From: Candidatus Enterousia sp. | GTDB lineage: Bacteria; Pseudomonadota; Alphaproteobacteria; Rs-D84 | Assembly: GCA_045635585.1 (NCBI GenBank) | Contig: JAZTWA010000001.1 | Location: forward strand, 28-64,027 | Reading direction: 5' to 3' | Length of the DNA: 64,000 nt | Part shown: positions 37,125-45,967 of the stretch, piece after piece | Numbering within the stretch: position 1 is the first letter of the stretch | How the letters are laid out: each line of letters begins with the position of its first letter | Program-made: the position numbers and the translations under genes | Notes under the pieces: model-generated | Databases searched by the model: none | Told to the model about the DNA's origin: nothing | What the model saw: the letters and a program-made list of their open reading frames with translations, nothing else

Positions 37125-39061
37125 TGCCAACGTCGATTGTTTGGAATATATTTTATACGTCCACTGGGGTATATAACAAATCCATTGCGCAAAATTTTGT
37201 CGTCGCATTTTGATGATGTGATATCAAAATAAGAAACAATATAGTCAATATCAGGATTGTTGCATAAATCAACAATATTGTTCATCAGTGGAACAAATTT
37301 TTGAATATATACTAAATGCCAATTTTCTGTTTTGAAATCATATATGCCTTTATCGTGTTTAATACGTATGTTTTTGGTGTTTGTATCTTGACCATGGAAT
37401 TTCTTCCATGTATCAAAAGCAAAGTAATGATTTGATGCGCGCGATTTGTTAAATTTTATTGTATTATCAGAATCTATAAACGCAATCAATTCATGGTCAT
37501 GCGTCACCATAAATATTGGTTTTATGTTTGTGCAAACAATCGTAATTGCGATTGCTTGCAAGATAGAAAATAAAATATAGTTTATCTTAATTCTGATTGG
37601 TCGAATTAATATCAAAGACATAAATCCGATTATTGAAATTATAATTGCAGAATTGGGTATGTGTGGAATATTCAGTGTTGCATATGGCAAATCAGTAATA
37701 TTCTTTGCAATTTGTAAAGTTACATCATAAATACTGCTTGCAAATTTTATCGGTGCAAACAAACCCATGGTTGCCGCAATAACACCAATCATTACCAGTG
37801 GCATAATTGCCAATGAAAATATTGGTAATAATATTATGTTGCCAATAATTGAATATATCGGTATTGCGCCAAAATGTGCTGCAACAAAAGGCAAAGTAAA
37901 CAGTGTCGCCACGAAAGTGGTTAATATCATTGCATATATGATTCTAAATATTTTGTTCTTTGGCATTTTGGGTTTGATAACACTGTACAACCAAACCAAT
38001 CCAAATACTGCGGCAAAAGACAATTGAAATCCCGCTTGCATGACATAATGTGGATTAATCAGAAAGATGATACAAAATACCAATGCAACATTACGCAGCG
38101 ATATGGCCGTACGTCCAAATATAAATGCCATAAATACCAAAGTTGTCATTAAAAATGCCCGCATTGTTGCCACATCAATTCCGGATAAAAATAAATAAAA
38201 TATTAAACCAACCCATGCGCAAATTGTTGCAGGTACACGTGCGGGCAACCTGCGTGTTATATATGGAATTGAACGAAATATCAGCATGAATATAGTAAAT
38301 AACCAACCGCCTACCAGCGTCATATGAAAACCACTGATTGACCAAACGTGTCCAATGCCCACCGCGGTCCATATTTCTTTGTCTGATTTTGGGATTACAT
38401 TTTTGTATCCTAATACCAATCCATCAACCAAGAAAGAATCTGATAATTTATGTAAATTATTTCTTAAATCATTTACGAATCTAAATTTTTGTTTGTGTTC
38501 CAAAACATCTATTGCTGTAACATACCCTGTTGCGGTCAGATTGTTAAAATACGCCCATCGTGCATAGTCAAATTCATCTGGTACATATGATTTAGTTGGT
38601 TGAAATAAATTTATATTTGTTCGAATTTTATCGCCAATATTTGGTGCGACAAGCCCGTCACCCAAAGATACACGCACAAGTGTATTCTTGCTTTCCGCGT
38701 TAATTTCATTTGCATCAATTGATAAATATAATCTGGTGCCTTTATCGGTATAATCAGTTGATACCACATCTGCAATTAATTCCAAATTGTGTACATCGTG
38801 TTTTAATTTGGGTGTATCAATAAAATTTGTAAATGTTGCCGCATAAAAGAAACCAAACAGCATTAACATTATTGCACGCACCAAATATGGAATACGTGGA
38901 ATCCAAATACAAATTGCCAATATTAACGTGATAACGTATTTAAATTGTAAATCGGGTTCATGACCCATTGTAAAATACAACGCTGCGCCCATTGCTATTA
39001 AAAAAGGCACATATAAAAACACATTTTGAATCTGATTGTTAAACCATTTGCGCATACCCAA
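37121..39061 (-). CDS. comEC: ComEC/Rec2-family DNA internalisation channel protein
   Basis: 646 aa polytopic membrane protein with the ComEC competence-domain pattern (...GISGFHMTLVGG...). Confidence 0.8.
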   Translation of the reverse strand: MGMRKWFNNQIQNVFLYVPFLIAMGAALYFTMGHEPDLQFKYVITLILAICIWIPRIPYLVRAIMLMLFGFFYAATFTNFIDTPKLKHDVHNLELIADVVSTDYTDKGTRLYLSIDANEINAESKNTLVRVSLGDGLVAPNIGDKIRTNINLFQPTKSYVPDEFDYARWAYFNNLTATGYVTAIDVLEHKQKFRFVNDLRNNLHKLSDSFLVDGLVLGYKNVIPKSDKEIWTAVGIGHVWSISGFHMTLVGGWLFTIFMLIFRSIPYITRRLPARVPATICAWVGLIFYLFLSGIDVATMRAFLMTTLVFMAFIFGRTAISLRNVALVFCIIFLINPHYVMQAGFQLSFAAVFGLVWLYSVIKPKMPKNKIFRIIYAMILTTFVATLFTLPFVAAHFGAIPIYSIIGNIILLPIFSLAIMPLVMIGVIAATMGLFAPIKFASSIYDVTLQIAKNITDLPYATLNIPHIPNSAIIISIIGFMSLILIRPIRIKINYILFSILQAIAITIVCTNIKPIFMVTHDHELIAFIDSDNTIKFNKSRASNHYFAFDTWKKFHGQDTNTKNIRIKHDKGIYDFKTENWHLVYIQKFVPLMNNIVDLCNNPDIDYIVSYFDITSSKCDDKILRNGFVIYPSGRIKYIPNNRRWH

Positions 39062-39099
39062 AGTATAGGGATTTAATCAAATATAACGCAATTAAAATT

Positions 39100-39414
39100 T
39101 TAATGTCCGAAAATAAAAGAATTATCACGTGAAATTTCAATAATCGCATCAATATCGTCGTTGTCAGATGTTTTTTGTCTTTTGGTTTTTCCGCAAATTT
39201 CACATTTGTGCGTAATAATAAATTTATCGCCATCTGCTTCGACAGAAATTGGTCGCATCATACCGCCACATGTTGCGGCCCTGTCGCCTGGATTGTTATC
39301 AACATGGCGCGACCACAGACACTTTGGACAGTGATTTGTATATCCATTTCCATGAACAACTGCGCCACAGTGGGCGCAGTTAAAATCTTCAACAGTTTTT
39401 GTAAAACCTTTCAT
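39100..39414 (-). CDS. RNHCP-domain zinc-ribbon protein
   Basis: FNCAHCG...YTNHCPKCLWSRHVD...THKCEICG. Confidence 0.7.
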   Translation of the reverse strand: MKGFTKTVEDFNCAHCGAVVHGNGYTNHCPKCLWSRHVDNNPGDRAATCGGMMRPISVEADGDKFIITHKCEICGKTKRQKTSDNDDIDAIIEISRDNSFIFGH

Positions 39415-39662
39415 TATATCCCCAGTGCATTACGATACATCTGTGTTAATTCGTCTGCTTCGTCTAATTCATCTGGGTCCAATTTGCGCAGACGTATCAT
39501 CTGGCGAATATATTTTGGGTCAAACCCAGCAGACTTTGCTTCGCTATAAATTTCTTTGATATCAGCGGCGATTGCGGCGGAATCTTCGTTTAATTTTTCA
39601 ATACGTTCAATAATGCTGACCAATTGTTGGTTGTCAATTGCACCATGATTTGCTTGTTTCAT
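39414..39662 (-). CDS. gapR: DUF2312/UPF0335 protein (GapR-like nucleoid-associated protein)
   Basis: QLVSIIERIEKLNEDSAAIAADIKEIYSEAKSAGFDPKYIRQMIRLRKLD...LTQMYRNALGI aligns closely with the alphaproteobacterial GapR/DUF2312 consensus. Confidence 0.8.
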   Translation of the reverse strand: MKQANHGAIDNQQLVSIIERIEKLNEDSAAIAADIKEIYSEAKSAGFDPKYIRQMIRLRKLDPDELDEADELTQMYRNALGI

Positions 39663-39741
39663 TTCTGTTTTCCCCTTGTTTATTTTTCAACTTTATGATA
39701 TATCATAAAACGTAAAAATCAAGAAATTATAGAAGGGAAAA

Positions 39742-41112
39742 ATGAAAAGATATACCAAGATTACTGCATCAATTGGACCAAAGTGTTCTGATCGTGAAAC
39801 ATTAACCAAAATGATACGTGCCGGTGTTAACATGTGTCGCTTGAATTTCAGTCATGATACCGGTAATGTCCAAGGTGAAAAGATTGATTTAATTCGTTCA
39901 ATATCTACAGAATTAGAAACACCTGTGGCAATTGTTGTTGACCTTCAGGGGCCCAAACATCGCATTGGTAATTTTGAAACCGAAGACAAATATCCACTTG
40001 TTATTGGGCAACGCTTTACATTTGATTCTAATCCCACCCCTGGCGATTCGACACGCGTATATTTGCCTGATACAGATGTTCTGTCGTCATTACGCGTTGG
40101 TGATAGAATATTGTTAAACGATGGAAAAATTGAAATGCGTGTTGATGTGGCCACACCCGAACGTGTTGATGCAACGGTTGTACGTGGGACAGAAATTTGG
40201 TCGCGTCGCGGTTTTAATTTGCCAGATACAGAAATTGCAACATCTGTTTTGACCCACAAAGACAGAATGGATTTGGAATACGCAATTACTAAAAAACCAG
40301 ATTATGTTGCGATATCTTTTGTGCAAAAACCCGAAGATATTGCCGAAGTGCGTGACTTTATTACCGCACGCACATCACACCCAATAAAGATTATTGCAAA
40401 AATCGAACGTCCAAATGCTGTTTCACGTATTTCTGAAATTGCAGCGGCATCTGATGGTATAATGATTGCGCGTGGCGACTTGGCGGTCGAAGTTCCATAT
40501 GCATCTGTTCCTGCAATTTCACGTTATATTATTCGCGAATGTCGTAAAATGAACAAACCGGTAATTGTTGCAACACAAATGTTGTCATCGATGGTGGACA
40601 GTGAATTTCCAACACGTGCGGAAATAACCGATGTTGCGACATCTGCATATTTACGTGCGGATTCCACTATGACATCCGAAGAAACAACAATTGGGATTAA
40701 TCCTGTCAATGTCATTGAAACGATGGCAAATATTCTTTCACATGCAGACATGGATTCAATTGCCAATCCATATGATTGGTCGCGTGTTGAAAATGTGCCT
40801 GAAAACGATTGGTCGCGTTCTGTTGCATCAATGGCATATTTGAATCGTGCATCTGCAATTGTTGTGTTTGCGCGTGATACAGATGCGGCGGTTCAAATAT
40901 CGTGCCGCAAACCCGATATTCCTGTAATTGCGATATGCAATGAATCTGTTGTCGCGAACCAGTTGTGTTTATCACGTGGTGTATTTCCAATTTATGCACC
41001 TGAATTATTCGGTATGCGCGATGCATTTAATGCGGTCCGTCAATTTGATATAAATGTTGGAAAGTTAGTTATCGTTGATGAAGAAAAAATAAGTCTTCGA
41101 ATATTAGACTAA
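39742..41112 (+). CDS. pyk: Pyruvate kinase
   Basis: CRLNFSH, IIAKIE, MIARGDLAVEVP and ATQMLSSM motifs. Confidence 0.93.
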   Translation: MKRYTKITASIGPKCSDRETLTKMIRAGVNMCRLNFSHDTGNVQGEKIDLIRSISTELETPVAIVVDLQGPKHRIGNFETEDKYPLVIGQRFTFDSNPTPGDSTRVYLPDTDVLSSLRVGDRILLNDGKIEMRVDVATPERVDATVVRGTEIWSRRGFNLPDTEIATSVLTHKDRMDLEYAITKKPDYVAISFVQKPEDIAEVRDFITARTSHPIKIIAKIERPNAVSRISEIAAASDGIMIARGDLAVEVPYASVPAISRYIIRECRKMNKPVIVATQMLSSMVDSEFPTRAEITDVATSAYLRADSTMTSEETTIGINPVNVIETMANILSHADMDSIANPYDWSRVENVPENDWSRSVASMAYLNRASAIVVFARDTDAAVQISCRKPDIPVIAICNESVVANQLCLSRGVFPIYAPELFGMRDAFNAVRQFDINVGKLVIVDEEKISLRILD

Positions 41113-41115
41113 AAA

Positions 41116-41138
41116 ATCCCCATATTTGGGGATTTTTT
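41116..41138. terminator. Bidirectional terminator between pyk and the Stealth gene
   Basis: AATCCCC-ATATTT-GGGGATT flanked by A- and T-runs. Confidence 0.75.
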
Positions 41139-42141
41139 ATTTTTCAAATTCGCATTTTTTTGGAAATCTTGAATTTAAAAAAGAATAATTGTTTAATCGA
41201 TTTTCTTCTGTTGAATTTATAGAATCGTTTATACAAAATATTGGTGGTTTTTGATTCTGTAAATTTGATAGTATTGCATCAGTACAATAAACAGGCGAAT
41301 TTTTAATACTATGCCAATATATTGTATTGTATAAAAAATTAATTAAACGGTTTTTTGTACGTTTTTTATTTCTAGCGCGTATAAATACTGATTTGCCAAA
41401 GATTTTATCAAATAAACTAAATATAGTCCGTTGAATTTCATTATTTTGGCGAAAGCGATTGGATAACTGTGCGTCGATACACCCAGTTATCAAAGGGTGT
41501 TTTCTGCATCTGTTCCATGTTGATTTACGATAAGGGTCGATTCCATGTGACGGCATATATTTATACAATTTCTTACCAAATACGTCATAAATTTTTCTTT
41601 GTGACACAAAGATACATTGTTGATAATCATTTTTTCGAACAATATATCGTTCGATGTTTTTGTAATTGCCTCGTCTTTTATTGTATCTGAATTTTGCACG
41701 TCCGCGTCTATCAAAAAAGAAGTCAGGATTTAATTCGCGGTTAAAAAAAGTATCATCATTTGCCAAGATGAAATATTCGCCCAACGCCTTGATGTTTCCG
41801 ATACACATTTCGATATTTGTTGAATTAAAAGTTGGTAATGCGTGTAACGGCATAATATCTTTGTGTGGCACAATTGTGATTTTAGGATGATTCACATTCA
41901 ACCATTTTGGTATTTGATTAAATCCGGTAATTATAAAAATATGATTTATCCATGGAACACATTCTGCGACACTTCTCAAAGAATATTTTAATTCATCATT
42001 ATCTCGCCATCGTGCATTTGATGTTGCACTGTGTGACAAGTTTGTTTTGGTACATGTAAATTCCAACCATTTTTGTTTTTCTTGTATCCATTGTGGGTCA
42101 TTACTATCAACCCACAGATACACCAAGTCAATTTTGTTCAT
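41137..42141 (-). CDS. Stealth-family hexose-1-phosphoryl transferase-like protein
   Basis: CR1 IDLVYLWVDSNDPQW and CR2 RDNDELKYSLRSVAECVPWINHIFIIT. Start trimmed to MNKIDL. Confidence 0.8.
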   Translation of the reverse strand: MNKIDLVYLWVDSNDPQWIQEKQKWLEFTCTKTNLSHSATSNARWRDNDELKYSLRSVAECVPWINHIFIITGFNQIPKWLNVNHPKITIVPHKDIMPLHALPTFNSTNIEMCIGNIKALGEYFILANDDTFFNRELNPDFFFDRRGRAKFRYNKRRGNYKNIERYIVRKNDYQQCIFVSQRKIYDVFGKKLYKYMPSHGIDPYRKSTWNRCRKHPLITGCIDAQLSNRFRQNNEIQRTIFSLFDKIFGKSVFIRARNKKRTKNRLINFLYNTIYWHSIKNSPVYCTDAILSNLQNQKPPIFCINDSINSTEENRLNNYSFLNSRFPKKCEFEK

Positions 42142-42429
42142 TTTATATCCCTTTTTATACCAACAAAAAAACCGTCGAAATATTGACGGTCGGGTATTTC
42201 CAAGGTCACAAAACAAATGACTCTGTGGTTTTTGGTTTAACCTATTGTATCACCACAGATACCCGACCATATCCAGTCAGGTATATCAACGTACATACTG
42301 CACGTGACAAATTCATTTTTTTACGATGTTGAATTTTTGTTTTCATCGTGTTTTGCGGATCTTGGGAATCCGGAACCTTATACTATATAAAAGATTCAAC
42401 ACGTATTATGAAGTATAAAAAAAGAAAAT

Positions 42430-42777
42430 TCAACCCCATGTTGCAATTAAATGTTTATAAAGTGCATTTGGTGTTTGAATACAAATATTTTGTATCTTTG
42501 CGGCATGCTTTGTAAATTGTACGCATGTTTTTGCGCGATATGTTTTTATGTCCTGTGGCATATCATGTTTCAGATACACAAATTTCCATCCATGTTGTTT
42601 CAGTATTTGGATATCACGCATTTTCAGATGAATTTCTTCAATTTTTTTATATCGAATAAATTGCAGCATAATAATTTCGTCTGGTTTTACCATAATTGGG
42701 GCACAATGTTTTAAATTTTTGCAAAAAATATTTGGTAATAATTTCGAAGTATTTTCAGCAAATGCAATAATAATCAT
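42430..42777 (-). CDS. Hypothetical protein (115 aa)
   Basis: ORF only. No motif. Confidence 0.35.
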   Translation of the reverse strand: MIIIAFAENTSKLLPNIFCKNLKHCAPIMVKPDEIIMLQFIRYKKIEEIHLKMRDIQILKQHGWKFVYLKHDMPQDIKTYRAKTCVQFTKHAAKIQNICIQTPNALYKHLIATWG

Positions 42778-42828
42778 AATTTATATCCTTTGTTTTTAAT
42801 GTGGGCGCAAATGCGCCCACGTAATTTT

Positions 42829-43170
42829 TTAATCAATCCAACCACGTTGTTTTGCAGCGTTTTCGATTGCTTCCATTGCATAACGCCATTGTGCGGCGGC
42901 GCGATTTTCTTGCCAAATATGCTGGTGTGGGGCGCGTCTTTTATCGCCAAAGTCTTTCATAATTTGCAATTGTTCATCAGTTAGTTTCCCGGATAAATAT
43001 AACTTTGTAATCATTGTTTCAACATCCAAAACTTCGCATGGTCTGCGTGTTGCATTTGCGCGAATCCTTGTCAGGTTATTATGCATTGCTTTGGAATACA
43101 AGAACCAGAACCACATTTGTTCTGCGGATTGAAATTTTTCTGTGATATTTATTGGCATTACTGATGTCAT
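42829..43170 (-). CDS. Hypothetical protein (113 aa)
   Basis: Start at MTSVMPIN, preceded by AAGGAGAAAG. No motif recognised. Confidence 0.45.
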   Translation of the reverse strand: MTSVMPINITEKFQSAEQMWFWFLYSKAMHNNLTRIRANATRRPCEVLDVETMITKLYLSGKLTDEQLQIMKDFGDKRRAPHQHIWQENRAAAQWRYAMEAIENAAKQRGWID

Positions 43171-43365
43171 TTTTCTTTCTCCTTTTAAGTTATATTTTTT
43201 TGTTTTATGCATATTTGATATATAGACTAAGAAAAGATTCCTTGTGAAATATTACAACCATTGGTTGAATCTCGAATCGAAAAACTGAATCGAAGCGCGT
43301 TTTAACATTGTTGTACGCGAATCGGTATTTTTTCCTATTTCTTGTTTTTATATCGATATAATTAA

Positions 43366-43392
43366 TAAAAAAAGTGCGCAAAAAATGCGCAC
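43366..43392 (-). terminator. Second rho-independent terminator downstream of the virB10-like gene
   Basis: On the minus strand: GTGCGCA-TTTTT-TGCGCAC followed by a T-run. Confidence 0.6.
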
Positions 43393-43447
43393 AATATATG
43401 GATATGTTTTATATATTATTTAAATCCTTTTGGTTTGTATTGTTTAT

Positions 43448-43470
43448 TAAAAAACCCGCCATTGGCGGGT
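43448..43470 (-). terminator. Rho-independent terminator directly after the virB10-like gene
   Basis: On the minus strand: CCCGCC-AAT-GGCGGG followed by TTTTTT. Confidence 0.75.
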
Positions 43471-43475
43471 TAAAT

Positions 43476-45917
43476 TTATTCTGCGTTTACCACAATCGGT
43501 GGGAAACAGTCGCCACCACCTTCGGGGCAACAATTGAAACCCATTTCACCCATATCAGTAAATATTTCACCGGCGCAGCAACCATTTGCATCTGGCATTG
43601 AACCGTCTAAGCATGTTAATACTTCTTCTGCTGGGGCAACTTCATCTGCGACTGGTGTGTCAAATGGATTTACAACATATCCTTCATCGTCATATGTAAT
43701 ACCAATCATTTCATCATATGCGGCTTGCTGTTCTTCTGTTCGATCACCTTCGGTGCCATATGTATCTTGATACTTTTTAACCTCGCTTTGATGATATGCA
43801 TCTTGCTGTATCTGTGTTTTCGATTGATAGTTCAAAGATTCACAGAATGTCTTTAATGAGCGATAATCGTATCCGCCACACTGATTTCCTGTGCATTCGG
43901 CTTTGACGCGCCATAAATCCTTAGAGTCTTGTTCACAATAATCAGTCATATTAAATGAACGTGCCTGACCAACCCAATCTGAACCGCTTCTATCAACCGT
44001 CACTTTATCCATAACAGAGTTATAGTCAAATCTTCTTTGTCCCCTTGATCTGTTTGCATACTTTTCAACATAGCATTTCTTTGATTCATCTGTGCATGCA
44101 ACAATTAAGTCTTCTGGCGAATAAACGGTTATACGTGTTCCTGCGGCGATTGTAAATGGTGGCACTGTGTTATCCATCATATCAACCATTAATTTTTGTG
44201 CAATTTGATTCCATGTTGTAATAATTTCATTTTTCGCCAATTCTGATGAACGCATTGTACCACTTTGAACAACAGTATTATTGTCCAAATCAATTTGGTT
44301 AACAAATGCATCACTGATTGGTGCGATCAAGTTTATCGCTGCGGGCACCATCGCTGTAATCATTGGCATAAAGAATTGTTCGATGTAATCTGTACTGCCG
44401 CGACCTGGGACACCAACGCGTCCTTGGCTATCACCTGAATATGGTTGGCTGCCTTCAGAGTTAAAATTAAATTCAACACCATCTGGTCTGATAAATTGAT
44501 ACCAATTAATTTCCATACGTCCAATTGATTTATATGGCCCCGGCAAATTACCCGTAACATATCCCAGCATCAGTGTTCCAGCGGGGATAATAATATTGCG
44601 CCCATTATCAGAATATACGTTCCTATCAACCGTTGCGCGTACTGGTAATGGCTTGCCTTTTTCGTAAACATCTGCGTCGGCGCGAACGTCGGATACAATT
44701 GTGGCCGGAATTGGTTTGAATTGACGTAAAACAAAACTTCTATCATATGGCTGTGACGCAACAATAGCGGTATCATCACCCGATGTTCCGCGGAATTCGG
44801 ATTCTTCGTCGCGTTTTTTTAATATGTCTTCACCGCCATCCATCCCACGTAACATACCACCGCTGTCAGATGGGGTGTCCAATTGAACGGCACGATTAAC
44901 TGTTTTTACCGCAGGCGCATTACTAAGTTGTGGCAACACACCCGATGAAATGGCCGAATAACCAATATGTTCTGCATCTGTTCCGATTTTTTTACCACTT
45001 TTGTCTGTGATAATACCATTATCTGGGTTGTATGTTCCGGCGGGTTCGTTGCATTCTGTATCCGAAAAAGGATGGTATTTGTACGCACCACCCGATGGTT
45101 TTATCCAACCAATTTGTTTGCCCGAATTTCCATATGCAGGAAAAGCAAAGTCGGAACAAGTTTCAACGGGTCTGACATAATTATCCACTGGTTCTTCTTG
45201 GAATTTAACCGACGGTGCCAATGATTCTAATTCGCGTTTAATGTTTTGTTTTGTCGAAGATACTGTTACCGGTTCTGGTTCTTCGTATTCGTATTCGTAT
45301 TCATCTATTTCTGGTTCTTTAATTTGTTCTGATTTTACCATTGGTTCTGCAACCGGTTCTGGCTGTTTTACTGGTTCTGGAACCACAACCGGTTCTGGTT
45401 TTTGTTCTACAACAGGCAATGTTGCACCCAATGTTACAACGATTTTTGATGTTTTGTTCATTGAATCAGATTCATCTGCATCATGCCATTGTATGTTAAC
45501 TGGAACCTGTGTAATACCCAATGCCGCGGTGGGTGCAAATGACATCGCCACATTACAAGACAATTCATCGTTTATCTGGCCCATGCCAACACATGTATCT
45601 GTAACAGAAAAACCATTAACATCAGATTCTGTGCCCACAGAAACTATTTTTATTGGCGCGCTGGCAGTGATTTTAACGGTTGTTTTTTCAGAGTTACCAA
45701 CCACCACATCGCCCCAGTTAATCATATCGGGTGCAATATTTATTTCGATTGGTGCCTTAGCCACAATCTGTGGTTTTGAATCATCGTTTCCCAAAACCAA
45801 GATTAATAAAATAATCACAACAACAAACGCCACAACCATCAGCAACCATTGAATATGCTTTGGCGTATTTTTGCGCATTTCAGCAAATTGTTGTTTTAAT
45901 TTTTTCATATCACACAT
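43476..45917 (-). CDS. virB10: VirB10/TrbI-like T4SS core protein with extra domains (813 aa; alternative start 45908)
   Basis: N-terminal TM anchor. Pro-rich linker PEPVVVPEPVKQPEPVAEP. TrbI/VirB10 core: IIIPAGTLMLGYV...GRMEINWYQFIRPDGVEF...GRVGVPGRGSTDYIEQFF...PPFTIAAGTRITVYSPEDL. Plus an N-proximal beta-rich module and a ~200-aa Cys-rich tail. Confidence 0.8.
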   Translation of the reverse strand: MCDMKKLKQQFAEMRKNTPKHIQWLLMVVAFVVVIILLILVLGNDDSKPQIVAKAPIEINIAPDMINWGDVVVGNSEKTTVKITASAPIKIVSVGTESDVNGFSVTDTCVGMGQINDELSCNVAMSFAPTAALGITQVPVNIQWHDADESDSMNKTSKIVVTLGATLPVVEQKPEPVVVPEPVKQPEPVAEPMVKSEQIKEPEIDEYEYEYEEPEPVTVSSTKQNIKRELESLAPSVKFQEEPVDNYVRPVETCSDFAFPAYGNSGKQIGWIKPSGGAYKYHPFSDTECNEPAGTYNPDNGIITDKSGKKIGTDAEHIGYSAISSGVLPQLSNAPAVKTVNRAVQLDTPSDSGGMLRGMDGGEDILKKRDEESEFRGTSGDDTAIVASQPYDRSFVLRQFKPIPATIVSDVRADADVYEKGKPLPVRATVDRNVYSDNGRNIIIPAGTLMLGYVTGNLPGPYKSIGRMEINWYQFIRPDGVEFNFNSEGSQPYSGDSQGRVGVPGRGSTDYIEQFFMPMITAMVPAAINLIAPISDAFVNQIDLDNNTVVQSGTMRSSELAKNEIITTWNQIAQKLMVDMMDNTVPPFTIAAGTRITVYSPEDLIVACTDESKKCYVEKYANRSRGQRRFDYNSVMDKVTVDRSGSDWVGQARSFNMTDYCEQDSKDLWRVKAECTGNQCGGYDYRSLKTFCESLNYQSKTQIQQDAYHQSEVKKYQDTYGTEGDRTEEQQAAYDEMIGITYDDEGYVVNPFDTPVADEVAPAEEVLTCLDGSMPDANGCCAGEIFTDMGEMGFNCCPEGGGDCFPPIVVNAE

Positions 45918-45967
45918 CCCAAAATAAATGTTTTATATTATCCCGATATATCAATGTATCAGAATTT

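Noticed and set aside
42801-42820. Hairpin GTGGGCGC-AAAT-GCGCCCAC as a terminator between the two small minus-strand ORFs
   Set aside because: It has no T-run on the minus (coding) strand, so it cannot be called a rho-independent terminator. It is mentioned only as a structure within the relevant finding.
45241-45852. 203-aa plus-strand ORF (Ser/Gly/Thr-rich)
   Set aside because: It is antisense to the Pro/Glu-rich linker and N-terminal region of the VirB10-like gene. Its low-complexity composition mirrors the opposite strand. It is a shadow ORF.
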